A stretch of 62,911 bases of DNA, filler included, from Octopus bimaculoides (lineage: Eukaryota): NCBI RefSeq assembly GCF_001194135.2. It is 6 parts of 6 records of this genome, joined end to end, with 100 filler letters (N's around TTAATTAATTAA, not from the genome) between each part and the next. Parts side by side here need not be neighbours in the genome. Positions count along the whole stretch, not along the records: positions 1 to 11,663 come from NC_068996.1; positions 11,764 to 25,231 come from NC_068988.1; 4 more parts are not named here. One strand, given 5' to 3'. Within the stretch, counting starts at the first letter, position 1. Each line of letters begins with the position of its first letter. Of the stretch, positions 1 through 13,344 are shown piece after piece. The translations under genes and the position numbers were made by a program. The notes under the pieces were generated by a model that was not told the origin of the DNA, ran no database searches, and saw nothing but the letters and a program-made list of their open reading frames with translations.

Positions 1-315
1 AGCCTAACAATAGACACTTGTTTGGCAGGGGCAGCATATCTGCTTGCGGAGGGGTGAAATGAGGAAAATTATGATATTTTTAATTGTTAATATATTGAAA
101 TTGTGTAAAAACTGTAATTTTAAAAGGAAAAAAAAAAGAACAATATTTTCGAGGGGTTATCAGTCGGCGGGCGCTGGTGCCTCTCTCATTATTTGTTTCA
201 TCCTTATCACCCTCATCTCATTAATGTCCATGTCCAGCCCGTAGCTACTTTATGTCTGTCTGTCTTTGTCTGTCCCCTCTATGTAACGCCGTTAATGGCG
301 AAATTTATTGAAATA

Positions 316-605
316 AAGTAGCTTGCTTACGAACCGCATAGTTCCGGGTTCAGTCCCACTGCGTGGTACCTTGGGCAAATGTCTTCTACTATAGCGTCGG
401 GTCGACTAAAGCCTTCTGAGTGGATTCGGTAGACGGAAACTGAAGGAAGCCTGTCATATATATGTATATATGTATGTATGTGTGTATGTGTGTGTGTTTG
501 TGCGTCTGTGTTTGTCTCCCTAGCATTGCTTGACAACTGACGTTTCTGTGTTTACGTCGCCGTAACTTAGCGGTTCAGTCAAATGACCGAAACAAGTAAA
601 AGAGT
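316..605 (+). mobile_element. tRNA-derived SINE family A (abundant octopus-type)
   Basis: ggttcagtcccactgcgtgg-ccttgggcaa body, internal (AT/GT)n and tail caaatgaccgaaacaagtaaaagag. At least 15 copies in the window. Confidence 0.8.
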
Positions 606-982
606 AAAAATATTTTTAATCACTTCAATAGAATTAGAAGAATTCCCCATAAATAACCCTAAAAGTCTTGCGGAAGATGATGTTATTAGGAATAGAGATA
701 CCTTGGGATAGTGCCACGCCAGGGAAAAGTCACACGATGAAATACACTGAGAGATAAATTCCAGAGTGATGAGTCAACTGTATCTTATTCCTAATTATAT
801 AAGCCAAAAGACGTTCATGTAATACTCTTTTATTCTTTTACTTGTTTCAGTCATTTGACTGTGGCCATGCTGGAGCACAGCTTTTAATGGCGAAAATTCT
901 TATGTTACTGCTACAAATACATATTAACGTTGACTATTTCATCGTCGATAACTTTTACCTCAAGACATTACCTATTTCACAA

Positions 983-1100
983 ATTTCTTTCTTTCTTTCT
1001 TTCATTCTTTGTTTTCTTTCTTTCTTTTTTTTCTTTCTTTCTTTTCTTTCTTTCTTTTTTTCTTTCTTTCTTTCTTTCTTTTCTTTCTTTCTTTTATATT
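983..1100. repeat. (TTTC)n-type microsatellite
   Basis: Direct reading. Confidence 0.95.
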
Positions 1101-2372
1101 TTTNNNNNNNNNNNNNNNNNNNNNNNNNNNNNNNNNNNNNNNNNNNNNNNNNNNNNNNNNNNNNNNNNNNNNNNNNNNNNNNNNNNNNNNNNNNNNNNNN
1201 NNNNNNNNNNNNNNNNNNNNNNNNNNNNNNNNNNNNNNNNNNNNNNNNNNNNNNNNNNNNNNNNNNNNNNNNNNNNNNNNNNNNNNNNNNNNNNNNNNNN
1301 NNNNNNNNNNNNNNNNNNNNNNNNNNNNNNNNNNNNNNNNNNNNNNNNNNNNNNNNNNNNNNNNNNNNNNNNNNNNNNNNNNNNNNNNNNNNNNNNNNNN
1401 NNNNNNNNNNNNNNNNNNNNNNNNNNNNNNNNNNNNNNNNNNNNNNNNNNNNNNNNNNNNNNNNNNNNNNNNNNNNNNNNNNNNNNNNNNNNNNNNNNNN
1501 NNNNNNNNNNNNNNNNNNNNNNNNNNNNNNNNNNNNNNNNNNNNNNNNNNNNNNNNNNNNNNNNNNNNNNNNNNNNNNNNNNNNNNNNNNNNNNNNNNNN
1601 NNNNNNNNNNNNNNNNNNNNNNNNNNNNNNNNNNNNNNNNNNNNNNNNNNNNNNNNNNNNNNNNNNNNNNNNNNNNNNNNNNNNNNNNNNNNNNNNNNNN
1701 NNNNNNNNNNNNNNNNNNNNNNNNNNNNNNNNNNNNNNNNNNNNNNNNNNNNNNNNNNNNNNNNNNNNNNNNNNNNNNNNNNNNNNNNNNNNNNNNNNNN
1801 NNNNNNNNNNNNNNNNNNNNNNNNNNNNNNNNNNNNNNNNNNNNNNNNNNNNNNNNNNNNNNNNNNNNNNNNNNNNNNNNNNNNNNNNNNNNNNNNNNNN
1901 NNNNNNNNNNNNNNNNNNNNNNNNNNNNNNNNNNNNNNNNNNNNNNNNNNNNNNNNNNNNNNNNNNNNNNNNNNATATATATATATATATATATATACGT
2001 ATGTACATATCTATGAAAATGGCTATATATTTATGTTTGTCGTCTAGCAACCCATGAAAACCAGTGGTGGTTCGTTTACGTCCCCTTAACTTAGTTGTTT
2101 GGCACAAAAGACCAGTAGACTAAGCAGCATTATTAAAATAGAAAAATAAGTACCGTGGATCAATTAGTTCGACTAAAACCCCTTCAAGGCATTGAAGGCC
2201 ACAGCATGGCCACAGTCAAATGACAAACAAGATAATAGATAACACGATTGAAAACTATTTCGCTTGAAGATCAACAGATAAAATATTCTTAAGCTGAGTT
2301 TTTGGTATTAACGCTTAGCTCTATCGAAAATTTCAACATGTCTTCCCCCACTTCCTTAATGTGCATCAAGGA

Positions 2373-2695
2373 CGAAGCTTGTTAATGGATGAGCATTGTC
2401 CAAATGATGTTGGCATCACCTTTAAGATACATCCAAGACTTGGGTCCCGTGCTATCCGTCCACGACAGAAATCACGCTCGCATCTCATAGCAAGAATACG
2501 GCACAATTATTTCGTTTAAATTGGCACCCTGCGCTCTCTCTCTAACATTACACTAAAACACATTACAGCAGAGACTGACTCCATAAATTTCAAGAAGTCT
2601 TTGGACTCATTCCTTAATGAAATCCCGGATAAACTTCCGGCACCCGGATATGCTTCCGTAAACAATAACTGTCAACTGGAATAGGCCATGTTAAG
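2373..2695 (+). mobile_element. CR1-clade LINE, decayed 3' end of ORF2
   Basis: Reads HCPNDVGITFKIHPRLGSRAIRPRQKSRSHLIARIRHNYF...FKKSLDSFLNEIPDKLPAPGYASVNNN, with frameshifts. Homologous to 6093-6540. Confidence 0.7.
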
Positions 2696-2792
2696 CGATT
2701 CATGATTTGAATGACTTCGTCAGGTGTTGCTATTAAGTTAGACATGGCCTGGGCCAATACTGGCCGAAAACTGCCAACGTATCACAGTATGC

Positions 2793-2795
<3 letters not shown>

Positions 2796-2877
<82 letters not shown>
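2796..2877. repeat. Perfect (AT)n
   Basis: Direct reading. Confidence 0.95.
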
Positions 2878-2881
<4 letters not shown>

Positions 2882-3460
2882 CATTCAATTTGCTTACACA
2901 CATGCAAAGAAAATCTGATTAATCAAACTAGGAACCCCACACCTAAATGACTCTCACTCCACCCTAATTACCCAACGAAACGAACCAGTCTGCTACAATC
3001 AGACGTCTACCCAGCGATTTTGTCAGCGCAAGAATAAAATTTAATGTAAGACTTACTACTTTTGTGTATATTACCATCACATATGTATCGATTATTTTCG
3101 CATCCTAACCGATGCATCTATCTATATTCGCATTCTGAAAAGATTTCCTTAAGCCAGTAAATCGAAATGATCGTAAATGCTACCTTCATCTCAGCTTCCT
3201 CCTTCTATGTTATCTAATTAAATTCAAGGCATACCAGCGGAAACAACGAGTTTCCCCTTGTTATTATATCCATTTCCTTCTCCTATATAACCATAACTAC
3301 GGTTTAGGATCCGAACCACCTGCTACCGTACATCCTTACGAAAGACTGTACCTACCCATATAATAACCAGGAACGACTTTGGATTTAATTATTCCTTAGA
3401 GGTATTAAACCCATCTAACTGATACTTATATACTATATATATATAGTATATATAGTATAC

Positions 3461-3629
3461 AGGCGTAGGAGTGGCTGTGTGGTAAGTAGTTGCTTACGAA
3501 CCACATGGTTCCAGGTTCAGTCCCACTGCGTGGCATCTTGGACAAGTGTCTTCTACTATAGCCTCGGGCCGACCAAAGCCTTGTGAGTGGATTTGGTAGA
3601 CGGAAACTGAAAGAAGCCTGTCGTATATA

Positions 3630-3669
<40 letters not shown>
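3461..3669 (+). mobile_element. SINE family A, 5' half
   Basis: gcgtaggagtggctgtgtggtaag...gaaactgaaagaagcc, then a microsatellite running into a gap. Confidence 0.85.
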
Positions 3670-4341
3670 NNNNNNNNNNNNNNNNNNNNNNNNNNNNNNN
3701 NNNNNNNNNNNNNNNNNNNNNNNNNNNNNNNNNNNNNNNNNNNNNNNNNNNNNNNNNNNNNNNNNNNNNNNNNNNNNNNNNNNNNNNNNNNNNNNNNNNN
3801 NNNNNNNNNNNNNNNNNNNNNNNNNNNNNNNNNNNNNNNNNNNNNNNNNNNNNNNNNNNNNNNNNNNNNNNNNNNNNNNNNNNNNNNNNNNNNNNNNNNN
3901 NNNNNNNNNNNNNNNNNNNNNNNNNNNNNNNNNNNNNNNNNNNNNNNNNNNNNNNNNNNNNNNNNNNNNNNNNNNNNNNNNNNNNNNNNNNNNNNNNNNN
4001 NNNNNNNNNNNNNNNNNNNNNNNNNNNNNNNNNNNNNNNNNNNNNNNNNNNNNNNNNNNNNNNNNNNNNNNNNNNNNNNNNNNNNNNNNNNNNNNNNNNN
4101 NNNNNNNNNNNNNNNNNNNNNNNNNNNNNNNNNNNNNNNNNNNNNNNNNNNNNNNNNNNNNNNNNNNNNNNNNNNNNNNNNNNNNNNNNNNNAAAGGGTG
4201 ATGGAGAAAAAAATATAGCCAACAATCCATATGTAGATACATTTTGCAATATGTATATATATATTTGCATATATATATATATATATATATATATAATGTA
4301 TGTGTGTAAATGTATATGCATGTATATGTGTATATATATGC

Positions 4342-4390
<49 letters not shown>

Positions 4391-4479
4391 TATGTATGTT
4401 TGTATATATATTGGTATGTATCATACGGTTTGTCGTGGGATCGGATCAAAATTTTACAAATGAAAACTAATCACGGTCG

Positions 4480-5151
4480 TTGGGTCAACATCGCCATGAT
4501 CACAGACGTATTTATCATCATCATCATCATCATCAACGTCGTTGTCGACGTCGTCATCGTCGACGTCGTATCATCATCGTCGTCGACGTCATTGTCATTG
4601 TTGTCGTCGTTGTCGTCATCGTCATAATCATCATCATCATCGTCACTACTAGTGACAATACCGCCAAAAAGTACCTTCAACGTCATCGCCAACGCTATCA
4701 TTATCATCATAATCGTCATCATCAACATCAGCAGCAGCAGCAGCATCGCCAACACCATCACAATAAGGATCACTACGTTGATGATGACGACAGCAAGAAT
4801 GGTGACTGTGGTTGTGGTGGTGGTGGTGGTGATGATCGTGGTGGTTGTGGTTGTGGTGGTGGTGGTTGTGGTGGTTGCGGTGGTGATGGTTGTGGTGGTG
4901 GTGGTTGTGATGGTTGTGGTTGTGGTGGTGGTGGTTGTGGTGGTTGCGGTGGTGATGGTTGTGGTGGTGGTGGTGGTGGTGGTGGTGGTGGTAATGACGA
5001 TAGCGCCAGTTGTGGTGGCCGCGGCGGTGGTGATATTTGTGCTGTTGCCGCTGTTTCTGTTGCTGGTGTTGTGATTGCTATCGTGAAATTTGTTGCCGTG
5101 ATGGTAGTGGAGGTGGTAGTGTTGCTGTTATTATTATTTGTAGTAGTAGAG

Positions 5152-5194
<43 letters not shown>

Positions 5195-5320
5195 CGGTTG
5201 CAGTAATAGCAATGATGCCGATCATTACAATAACGATGATGACGTCACCGTCGCCGCCGCCGCCGCCGCCGCCATCGTCGTCGTTACCGGCGGCGACGAC
5301 GACGACGAATGCGATCATAA
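4480..5320. repeat. Compound trinucleotide tract (CAT/CGT/GGT/GTA/GCC)
   Basis: Direct reading; it explains the low-complexity ORFs here. Confidence 0.9.
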
Positions 5321-5594
5321 ATGATAGATCATGTTCGAAGATTGTCTCTAACCGTTATCATACTTTATCGCAAACCACACCGCTGTTATCGATTCTATCA
5401 GTTTCGGTACGGTTTTTAGTTGTGGAATATGGAAAAGTTAATGCCATATTTAATCCAGAGAAATTGCAAGGAAATATCTTGGATTTACAGAGACGACAGC
5501 ATTCTTCAAACAGCCAGTCCATCAGTCGTACATTTCACATTCATGGTTTTTACAAGATTTAAAACTTTATAAGCATATATATTGCATATATATG

Positions 5595-5625
<31 letters not shown>

Positions 5626-5660
5626 CCTACATATATATACATATAGATAATTATAACTTA

Positions 5661-5967
5661 GAGTATCTAAGAGACACCACCATGCTGAAAATAGCAGTCA
5701 AATCTTGACTCTAAAACCACAATAAATGTTCATATAGCACCAGGGGAAAAGACAAAGAGACAAAATAAACTAGCAAAAATTACTGGATAATTCCAGATCC
5801 CAGATTTCTGGCCCTGCATAAGAAATGCTTTGCTTCATCAGTGGAATATACACAGAAAAGCACATTTTGTCTTTGTCTTTGCTCTTTGTGATATATGAAC
5901 ATTTATTGTGGTTTTAGAGTCAAGCTTTGACTGTTACTTCCAGCGTGGTGGTATCTCTTAGATACCC
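5661..5967. mobile_element. MITE with about 110-bp TIRs and TA flanks (Tc1/mariner-type)
   Basis: gagtatctaagagacaccaccatgctg...ctctaaaaccacaataaatgttcatat is mirrored by atatgaacatttattgtggttttagag...gtggtggtatctcttagataccc. Confidence 0.75.
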
Positions 5968-6092
5968 TAAATTATCATTTTAAATAATTATTACCTTTGA
6001 TGGTTTTTATTCCCATGCTGGCCACTTCATATAATCGATATTTTAAATATTGATCTTATCCCCATTTATATACATCTATATATATTAAAAAG

Positions 6093-6540
6093 CTTGAAGC
6101 ACTCCAGAGATCAATTACAAAAAATATTGATGGCATGTCTGGTCTTTATTATTGGGATCGACTCGCGAATCTCAAACTGTATTCTCTCCAGTTCCGCCGA
6201 GGTCGCTTTATTATTTGTATGATGTGGAAACTGTTCCGACTGTATTACCCAAATGATATCGGTATCACTTTTAAAATCCATCTAAGGCTTGGTCCCCGTG
6301 CCATGCACCCTCCACAGAGATCGTGCTCCGAGCACATCACATCACTAAGCCAGAATCACTTCTCCTCAACTGGACACTGCTCTTTTTAACATCATTCCAA
6401 AGCATATAAAGGAGGAAAATGATTTCATAATCTTCAAAAGGTTTCCAGAATGAATATATCCAACAAATTCCAGATGAACCACCTCCACCCGGATATACTG
6501 CTGCAAACAACAACTCTTTAATCGAATGGGCAATGCTGCC
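6093..6540 (+). mobile_element. CR1-clade LINE, decayed 3' end of ORF2
   Basis: Reads LEALQRSITKNIDGMSGLYYWDRLANLKLYSLQFRRGRFII...IPDEPPPPGYTAANNNSLIEW, a typical CR1-type post-RT C-terminus, frameshifted. Confidence 0.75.
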
Positions 6541-7558
6541 TTAAAATAACTATACAAAAATACGTTAGTAAATGTCTTTTCCAGGTGGCGCTATTAATGT
6601 GTCCGAAATCTATGTATCTAAGTATATATATGTGTGTGTGTGTGTGGCGGGCATGTATGTATNNNNNNNNNNNNNNNNNNNNNNNNNNNNNNNNNNNNNN
6701 NNNNNNNNNNNNNNNNNNNNNNNNNNNNNNNNNNNNNNNNNNNNNNNNNNNNNNNNNNNNNNNNNNNNNNNNNNNNNNNNNNNNNNNNNNNNNNNNNNNN
6801 NNNNNNNNNNNNNNNNNNNNNNNNNNNNNNNNNNNNNNNNNNNNNNNNNNNNNNNNNNNNNNNNNNNNNNNNNNNNNNNNNNNNNNNNNNNNNNNNNNNN
6901 NNNNNNNNNNNNNNNNNNNNNNNNNNNNNNNNNNNNNNNNNNNNNNNNNNNNNNNNNNNNNNNNNNNNNNNNNNNNNNNNNNNNNNNNNNNNNNNNNNNN
7001 NNNNNNNNNNNNNNNNNNNNNNNNNNNNNNNNNNNNNNNNNNNNNNNNNNNNNNNNNNNNNNNNNNNNNNNNNNNNNNNNNNNNNNNNNNNNNNNNNNNN
7101 NNNNNNNNNNNNNNNNNNNNNNNNNNNNNNNNNNNNNNNNNNNNNNNNNNNNNNNNNNNNNNNNNNNNNNNNNNNNNNNNNNNNNNNNNNNNNNNNNNNN
7201 NNNNNNNNNNNNNNNNNNNNNNNNNNNNNNNNNNNNNNNNNNNNNNNNNNNNNNNNNNNNNNNNNNNNNNNNNNNNNNNNNNNNNNNNNNNNNNNNNNNN
7301 NNNNNNNNNNNNNNNNNNNNNNNNNNNNNNNNNNNNNNNNNNNNNNNNNNNNNNNNNNNNNNNNNNNNNNNNNNNNNNNNNNNNNNNNNNNNNNNNNNNN
7401 NNNNNNNNNNNNNNNNNNNNNNNNNNNNNNNNNNNNNNNNNNNNNNNNNNNNNNNNNNNNNNNNNNNNNNNNNNNNNNNNNNNNNNNNNNNNNNNNNNNN
7501 NNNNNNNNNNNNNNNNNNNNNNNNNNNNNNNNNNNNNNNNNNNNNNNNNNNNNNNNNN

Positions 7559-7595
<37 letters not shown>

Positions 7596-9013
7596 GGCGT
7601 GGTTTCCCAAACCGCATGGTTATAGATAGATAGATAGATGTTAAATCGTTTCATCCTTTTGAGAATTGGATAGGGCAGCTGCTGTACTGAAGATGATTCT
7701 AAGTCAGAAACACGTTTCACTACTGTTGTTTTGTCTTCCGACAATCAAACTGTATTTCATATAAAGGCGTGTCAATTTTTGGGAATATTTGATTCATGAG
7801 ATTTATTAAACCTCCCTCCCCCCCCCCTAAGTTTGTCTCAAATGCAACCACGTTAATATTCTTCCTTCATTGGAAACAGGGATAATAATATCACTATATC
7901 CGCATTCGTTCCTTTTTTTGATCAAATCCACACATAAGGCTTTGCTCGGAACGGACCTATAGTTAGAAGACACGTTCACAGGGTGCCATGCAGTGGAACT
8001 GAAGCTGGAACCATGTGGTTGGAAAGTAAACCTCTGAAACACACAGCCATTCTCCTCATGCCACAATTTCTTTGCTTATCTCATAATGATATCCCTATTA
8101 CAGACTCATGTGTTTTGTTCATATTTTAATGCTTCGGTGAAAACGTTGCAACTGGCCATATATGGACATCGTGCAGCCTAACTCTCAGTCATCTCTTGAT
8201 ATCCCACCCGTTCCAGATCATGTTTCCTAGTCTCTCAAGCGTAATAGATGCTGGAGATAATCAAATGCTACAACACAGCCAAGAATCAAATTCTGTGACG
8301 CATTTTATGTTATTGATTTTAACGCACCATGCTTTTATCACCATGTGTTTAGTGAGTATTTTTCTCTTTGTCCAAGATCCTGGATAATAGGTCTAGGTAG
8401 CCAACATATCTACGAAGTAGGTAGGAGTTTATGAGCGCCAAATTTATATGAAAGGCTTCTGGTGTAAGATACAGCATTCAAATTTCTTTCAAATCACACC
8501 CAATTTCTTTATAGAGAAGAAGCTCATTAGGCATGTATTCCTTACGTATATATAGAAAGAAAGGCTGATGAACCAAGGTTGACATGTCGTTATAGAACAA
8601 CACACGAGTTTTGATAACGCACTCTTGCCGTTAAGAAAATAAAGTTGTTTTTTTTTTTCTTTGAAATTGCTTTTGACTCTTCATTGAAACCAGACGCCCG
8701 ATTTCACGCCATTGTAATCTTTGTATTTTTTTTATTCTCTGGACTGAAAGTAAAAGTCCAATGAAGTGGATTGATGAAACTGTTTGAGCGCTGGACAAAT
8801 TTCCTTCTAGTATTTATTCCCGCCCTTGGGGGAAGAGTAGTCTTCATTCAGCGCGCATTCTTACAGCACTACATAAGAGGGCTTTCAGCGGAGTTCTTTC
8901 TGTTCAAAGAACTTTCAGATCTTAGAACTGAGGATAAATTCGTCTCTCAAAATAGTCTTTGAGTGATGAAAAAATAACATTAATAAATGGTCCCGAACAT
9001 AGTCTTCCTTTCA

Positions 9014-9097
<84 letters not shown>

Positions 9098-9565
9098 GGC
9101 TCAACAACAAATAGAAATTTGCTTAAAGACCTGTCTTACTCAGAAACTGGCTTGTATGACACTGCACCAAGAACACAGCACATTGTTACAAACTATTTTC
9201 TCGAATTAGGCGCAAGAACTCAAGATACGGTGGGGTGCGAGAAAAATAACTAATTAGATACATTTATATATTTCTCCGCTGGATTCTCGCCCAAACTGAA
9301 GTAAATATGACTTCAATTAAAAATAAAAATTCGTATAGCAATTTCGATTGGTGGGAAGTTATCATTCGTTAGGTTACGCAAATTTTTCATCTTCTTTTTT
9401 TTCCTTATGATATTATACTGAGAGATAAAATTTAAAAGAACTTACAGGGAAAATAAAATCGAAGTGGTTGGTTACAAAATAAATGGTTAGAAACTTATTT
9501 GTATACTGTTTCCGTCCCATACTTTCTATATTTAGCTGTTCGTTTCTTTCTTTTTTTTTTTATTT

Positions 9566-10070
9566 TGTGGAGGCGCGTGGCTTAATGGTTAGGGGATTTT
9601 GGACTCATAATCATAAGATTGTGGTTTCGATTCCTGAACCGGGCGATGTGTTGTGTTCTTGAGCAAGACATTTCATTTCATGTTGCTGCAGTCCACTCAG
9701 CTGGCAAAAGTGAGTAATCTTGCGACGGATCGCAAGAAGGCGGTGAGCTGGCAGAAACGTTAGCACGCCGGGTGAAATGCTTAGCGGTATTTCGTCTGCC
9801 GTTACGTTCTGAGTTCAAATTCCGCCGAGGTCGACTTTGCTTTTCATCCGTTCAAGGTCGATAAATTAAGTACCAGTTACTCACTGGGGTCGATGTAATC
9901 GACTTAATCCCTTTGTTTGTCTTTGTTTGTCCCCTCTATGTTTTGTCCCTTGTGGGCAATAAGGAATTAAATCTTGCAACGGATTGGTGTTCCGTCCAGA
10001 TGAGAAATATATACGCTATGGAAACCGGGAAGCGGTCCGATGAGTTTATATGACTCGGGGAAAGCAATTT
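9566..10070 (+). mobile_element. tRNA-derived SINE family B, interrupted by a family C insertion
   Basis: Head ggaggcgcgtggcttaatggttagg...ggtttcgattcc; the body resumes after 9970. Confidence 0.7.
9731..9969 (+). mobile_element. tRNA-derived SINE family C nested in family B
   Basis: gcggtgagctggcagaaacgttagc...gagttcaaattccgccgaggtcgactttgc, flanked by aatcttgc(g/a)acggat at 9716-9730 and 9970-9984. Confidence 0.8.
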
Positions 10071-10366
10071 GTTCTTTTTATCTTTCTTTTGATTAAAAAA
10101 TAATGTAGGATCTATAACTGAGAAATGAAATATGGGAAGTCGTAAGTTACATGACTCATTCAAACGCATAAACTACCTAAGTGGAATGCACTAGTTTAAA
10201 CGGAAATTGAACACGCACCACATTTTTGGTTGACCGGAAACTTTACTCCTTGTACTGTAACAATTACAACATGATTCAGCTATAATCACCGTATGTTCAT
10301 TTTCACCCTCTCTTTTTCACACACACACACACACACACACATGCTCTCTGTCTCTGTCTCTCTCTT

Positions 10367-10442
<76 letters not shown>

Positions 10443-11663
10443 GACTTTGGGATAACGATAGATGTTAAACAGAAATTAAAAAAGAATTGACCACGTAGAA
10501 GCTAGAGTTGAAGCAACACGAAGACAAGGTGACCCGATTCACACCTCAGCACAGGTCAGTGCAAATTATAACTAAATAAAATAGTACGAAAAACAAGAAG
10601 AAAAGAAAAAAGTGTGACACCATCTGTCTTTAAGCAAAAGACTGTTCTCCCCTTTCCTTTCTCTTAATCTGTCTTGTGGAGATTAAAGTGTTTATATTAC
10701 TTTTCTTTTTCATTGTTATCTTCAATTTCGTTCTTTTCCTTCTTTTTTTGATATTATTTTTCTTTCCTTTTTTGGCACATTTTCGGACAAGTAAGTGGGT
10801 GTGATATATTTGACAGTTTGTATACAATTCAAAAACGATCGGTGTGTGTGTATTTTGGTAGTGACGTGTCTATTAGAGTCCTTTGCCTTCCCCCTTCCGT
10901 ACTCAGTATCAATTTCACTCATCCGCCGACTTACACACCGCACACAGTGACTTATTCACACACACACCCGCACACACACATATCACACACACACACACAC
11001 ACAATGTTCTAAATGTTCTATAACGAGCTTGTCGTTAGCAGTTTTAGTTTGTAAGTGTGCAATTGTATAAGTATATTACTGTGTATGTGTGTACACACAC
11101 ACACACACACACATACACAATACACACGCACACAGACCGTCACACAAACGCACGCGCAAACTTGCATGTATGTGCTTTGTGTGTGTTTATGTGTGTGTGT
11201 ATGTATGTGTGCGCGTCTACAACTGTTCGTATATGTGATATGTGTCTCTTTATTTGTTATAACACAAGACGTCTAGCTATGTAATTGATACGGCAAGCAA
11301 CACCTTTTCTTGTTTTTGTTTTTTTTTTTCTTCTTGTCCTTTTACTTCAGTATTTTTTGTTTTTGTTTGTGATTTTCATTTTTTCTTTGTTTTTGCTCTG
11401 TCTCAATATCTTCGAGCTGAAAAGCCAATAATTTGTGCATTGTTTACAATGTAACAACAACAAACAAATGTCAGATTATAAAGAACTGCAATTCTTTAAA
11501 CAACAAGTCCAACAACAACAAAATCAAAAACAGCAACAAGGACATTCAGACGAGTAAAAGAACAGTTAATACATCAATTAAGTAGCCAGATGCCTCATGT
11601 TTCACTCATCATCGTTTCCATCTCACTTTTTCAATTTCTCTCTCCTTTCGATATATATATATA

Positions 11664-11763
11664 NNNNNNNNNNNNNNNNNNNNNNNNNNNNNNNNNNNNN
11701 NNNNNNNTTAATTAATTAANNNNNNNNNNNNNNNNNNNNNNNNNNNNNNNNNNNNNNNNNNNN
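11664..11763. other. Artificial 100-bp scaffold spacer (44N-TTAATTAATTAA-44N)
   Basis: Identical spacers at 25232-25331, 41410-41509, 52239-52338 and 59044-59143. The 12-mer is a six-frame stop pad. Confidence 0.95.
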
Positions 11764-11935
11764 ATATACATATACGATGGGCTTCTTCCAGTTTCCTTCT
11801 ACCAAATCCACTCACAAGGCTTTGGTCGGCCTGAGGCTATATTAGAAGACACTTGCCCAAGGTGCTACGCAGTGAGACTGAACCCGGGACGATATGGTTG
11901 GTAAGCAAGCTACTTACCGTACAGCTGCTCCTATA
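11764..11935 (-). mobile_element. SINE family A, 5' half
   Basis: Reverse complement of the family A head and body. Confidence 0.8.
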
Positions 11936-11947
11936 TAACGTGAGAAT

Positions 11948-12135
11948 TTACAAAACAAAACAAAAGACGAAGACGAGTGTGTAAACAACAAACAAATGTA
12001 TTAGTTTAACACTCGTAAACTGAGAAAGTCTTTTACGTTTCGAGCCTACGCTCTTCGACAGAAAGGAACACAGAAATAAACCGGGAGAGAAAATAGAAAA
12101 AGGTGTAGTGGTTAGCGATCTATCATGGCGAAAGT
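11948..12135 (-). mobile_element. Short repeat carrying a hammerhead-like motif, probably PLE-derived
   Basis: Homologous to 43475-43640; the minus strand reads CTTT CTGTCGA AGAGC GTAG GCTC GAAAC GT A AAAG. Confidence 0.55.
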
Positions 12136-12254
12136 AAAGGAGGGAGAGAGAGAGAGAAACATAAGTATATATTTGTATATATATATGCAAATATATACTT
12201 ATGGGTATGGACAGATATATATTCATTTAACTGCTTAAGTCATTTGGCTGCAGC

Positions 12255-12420
12255 ACAGAGTGGCTGTGTGGTAAGTAGCTTGCTTACCAACCACATGGTT
12301 CCAGGTTCAGTCCCACGGCGTGGCACCTTGGGCAAGTGTCTTCTACTATAGCCTCGGACAGACCAATGCCTTGTGAGTGGATTTGGTAGACGGAAACTGA
12401 AAGAAACCCGTCGTATCATG
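12255..12420 (+). mobile_element. SINE family A, 5' half
   Basis: agtggctgtgtggtaagtagcttgc...gaaactgaaagaaacccgtcg. Confidence 0.85.
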
Positions 12421-12462
<42 letters not shown>

Positions 12463-13309
12463 TATACGTACATATACATACATACAAAAATATATATATA
12501 TATAATGTATATATATANNNNNNNNNNNNNNNNNNNNNNNNNNNNNNNNNNNNNNNNNNNNNNNNNNNNNNNNNNNNNNNNNNNNNNNNNNNNNNNNNNN
12601 NNNNNNNNNNNNNNNNNNNNNNNNNNNNNNNNNNNNNNNNNNNNNNNNNNNNNNNNNNNNNNNNNNNNNNNNNNNNNNNNNNNNNNNNNNNNNNNNNNNN
12701 NNNNNNNNNNNNNNNNNNNNNNNNNNNNNNNNNNNNNNNNNNNNNNNNNNNNNNNNNNNNNNNNNNNNNNNNNNNNNNNNNNNNNNNNNNNNNNNNNNNN
12801 NNNNNNNNNNNNNNNNNNNNNNNNNNNNNNNNNNNNNNNNNNNNNNNNNNNNNNNNNNNNNNNNNNNNNNNNNNNNNNNNNNNNNNNNNNNNNNNNNNNN
12901 NNNNNNNNNNNNNNNNNNNNNNNNNNNNNNNNNNNNNNNNNNNNNNNNNNNNNNNNNNNNNNNNNNNNNNNNNNNNNNNNNNNNNNNNNNNNNNNNNNNN
13001 NNNNNNNNNNNNNNNNNNNNNNNNNNNNNNNNNNNNNNNNNNNNNNNNNNNNNNNNNNNNNNNNNNNNNNNNNNNNNNNNNNNNNNNNNNNNNNNNNNNN
13101 NNNNNNNNNNNNNNNNNNNNNNNNNNNNNNNNNNNNNNNNNNNNNNNNNNNNNNNNNNNNNNNNNNNNNNNNNNNNNNNNNNNNNNNNNNNNNNNNNNNN
13201 NNNNNNNNNNNNNNNNNNNNNNNNNNNNNNNNNNNNNNNNNNNNNNNNNNNNNNNNNNNNNNNNNNNNNNNNNNNNNNNNNNNNNNNNNNNNNNNNNNNN
13301 NNNNNNNNN

Positions 13310-13344
<35 letters not shown>

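Noticed and set aside
4480-5562. 360-aa His/Gly/Cys-rich ORF resembling a structural protein
   Set aside because: It is a translation of trinucleotide repeats, open in several frames, with no exon or domain evidence.
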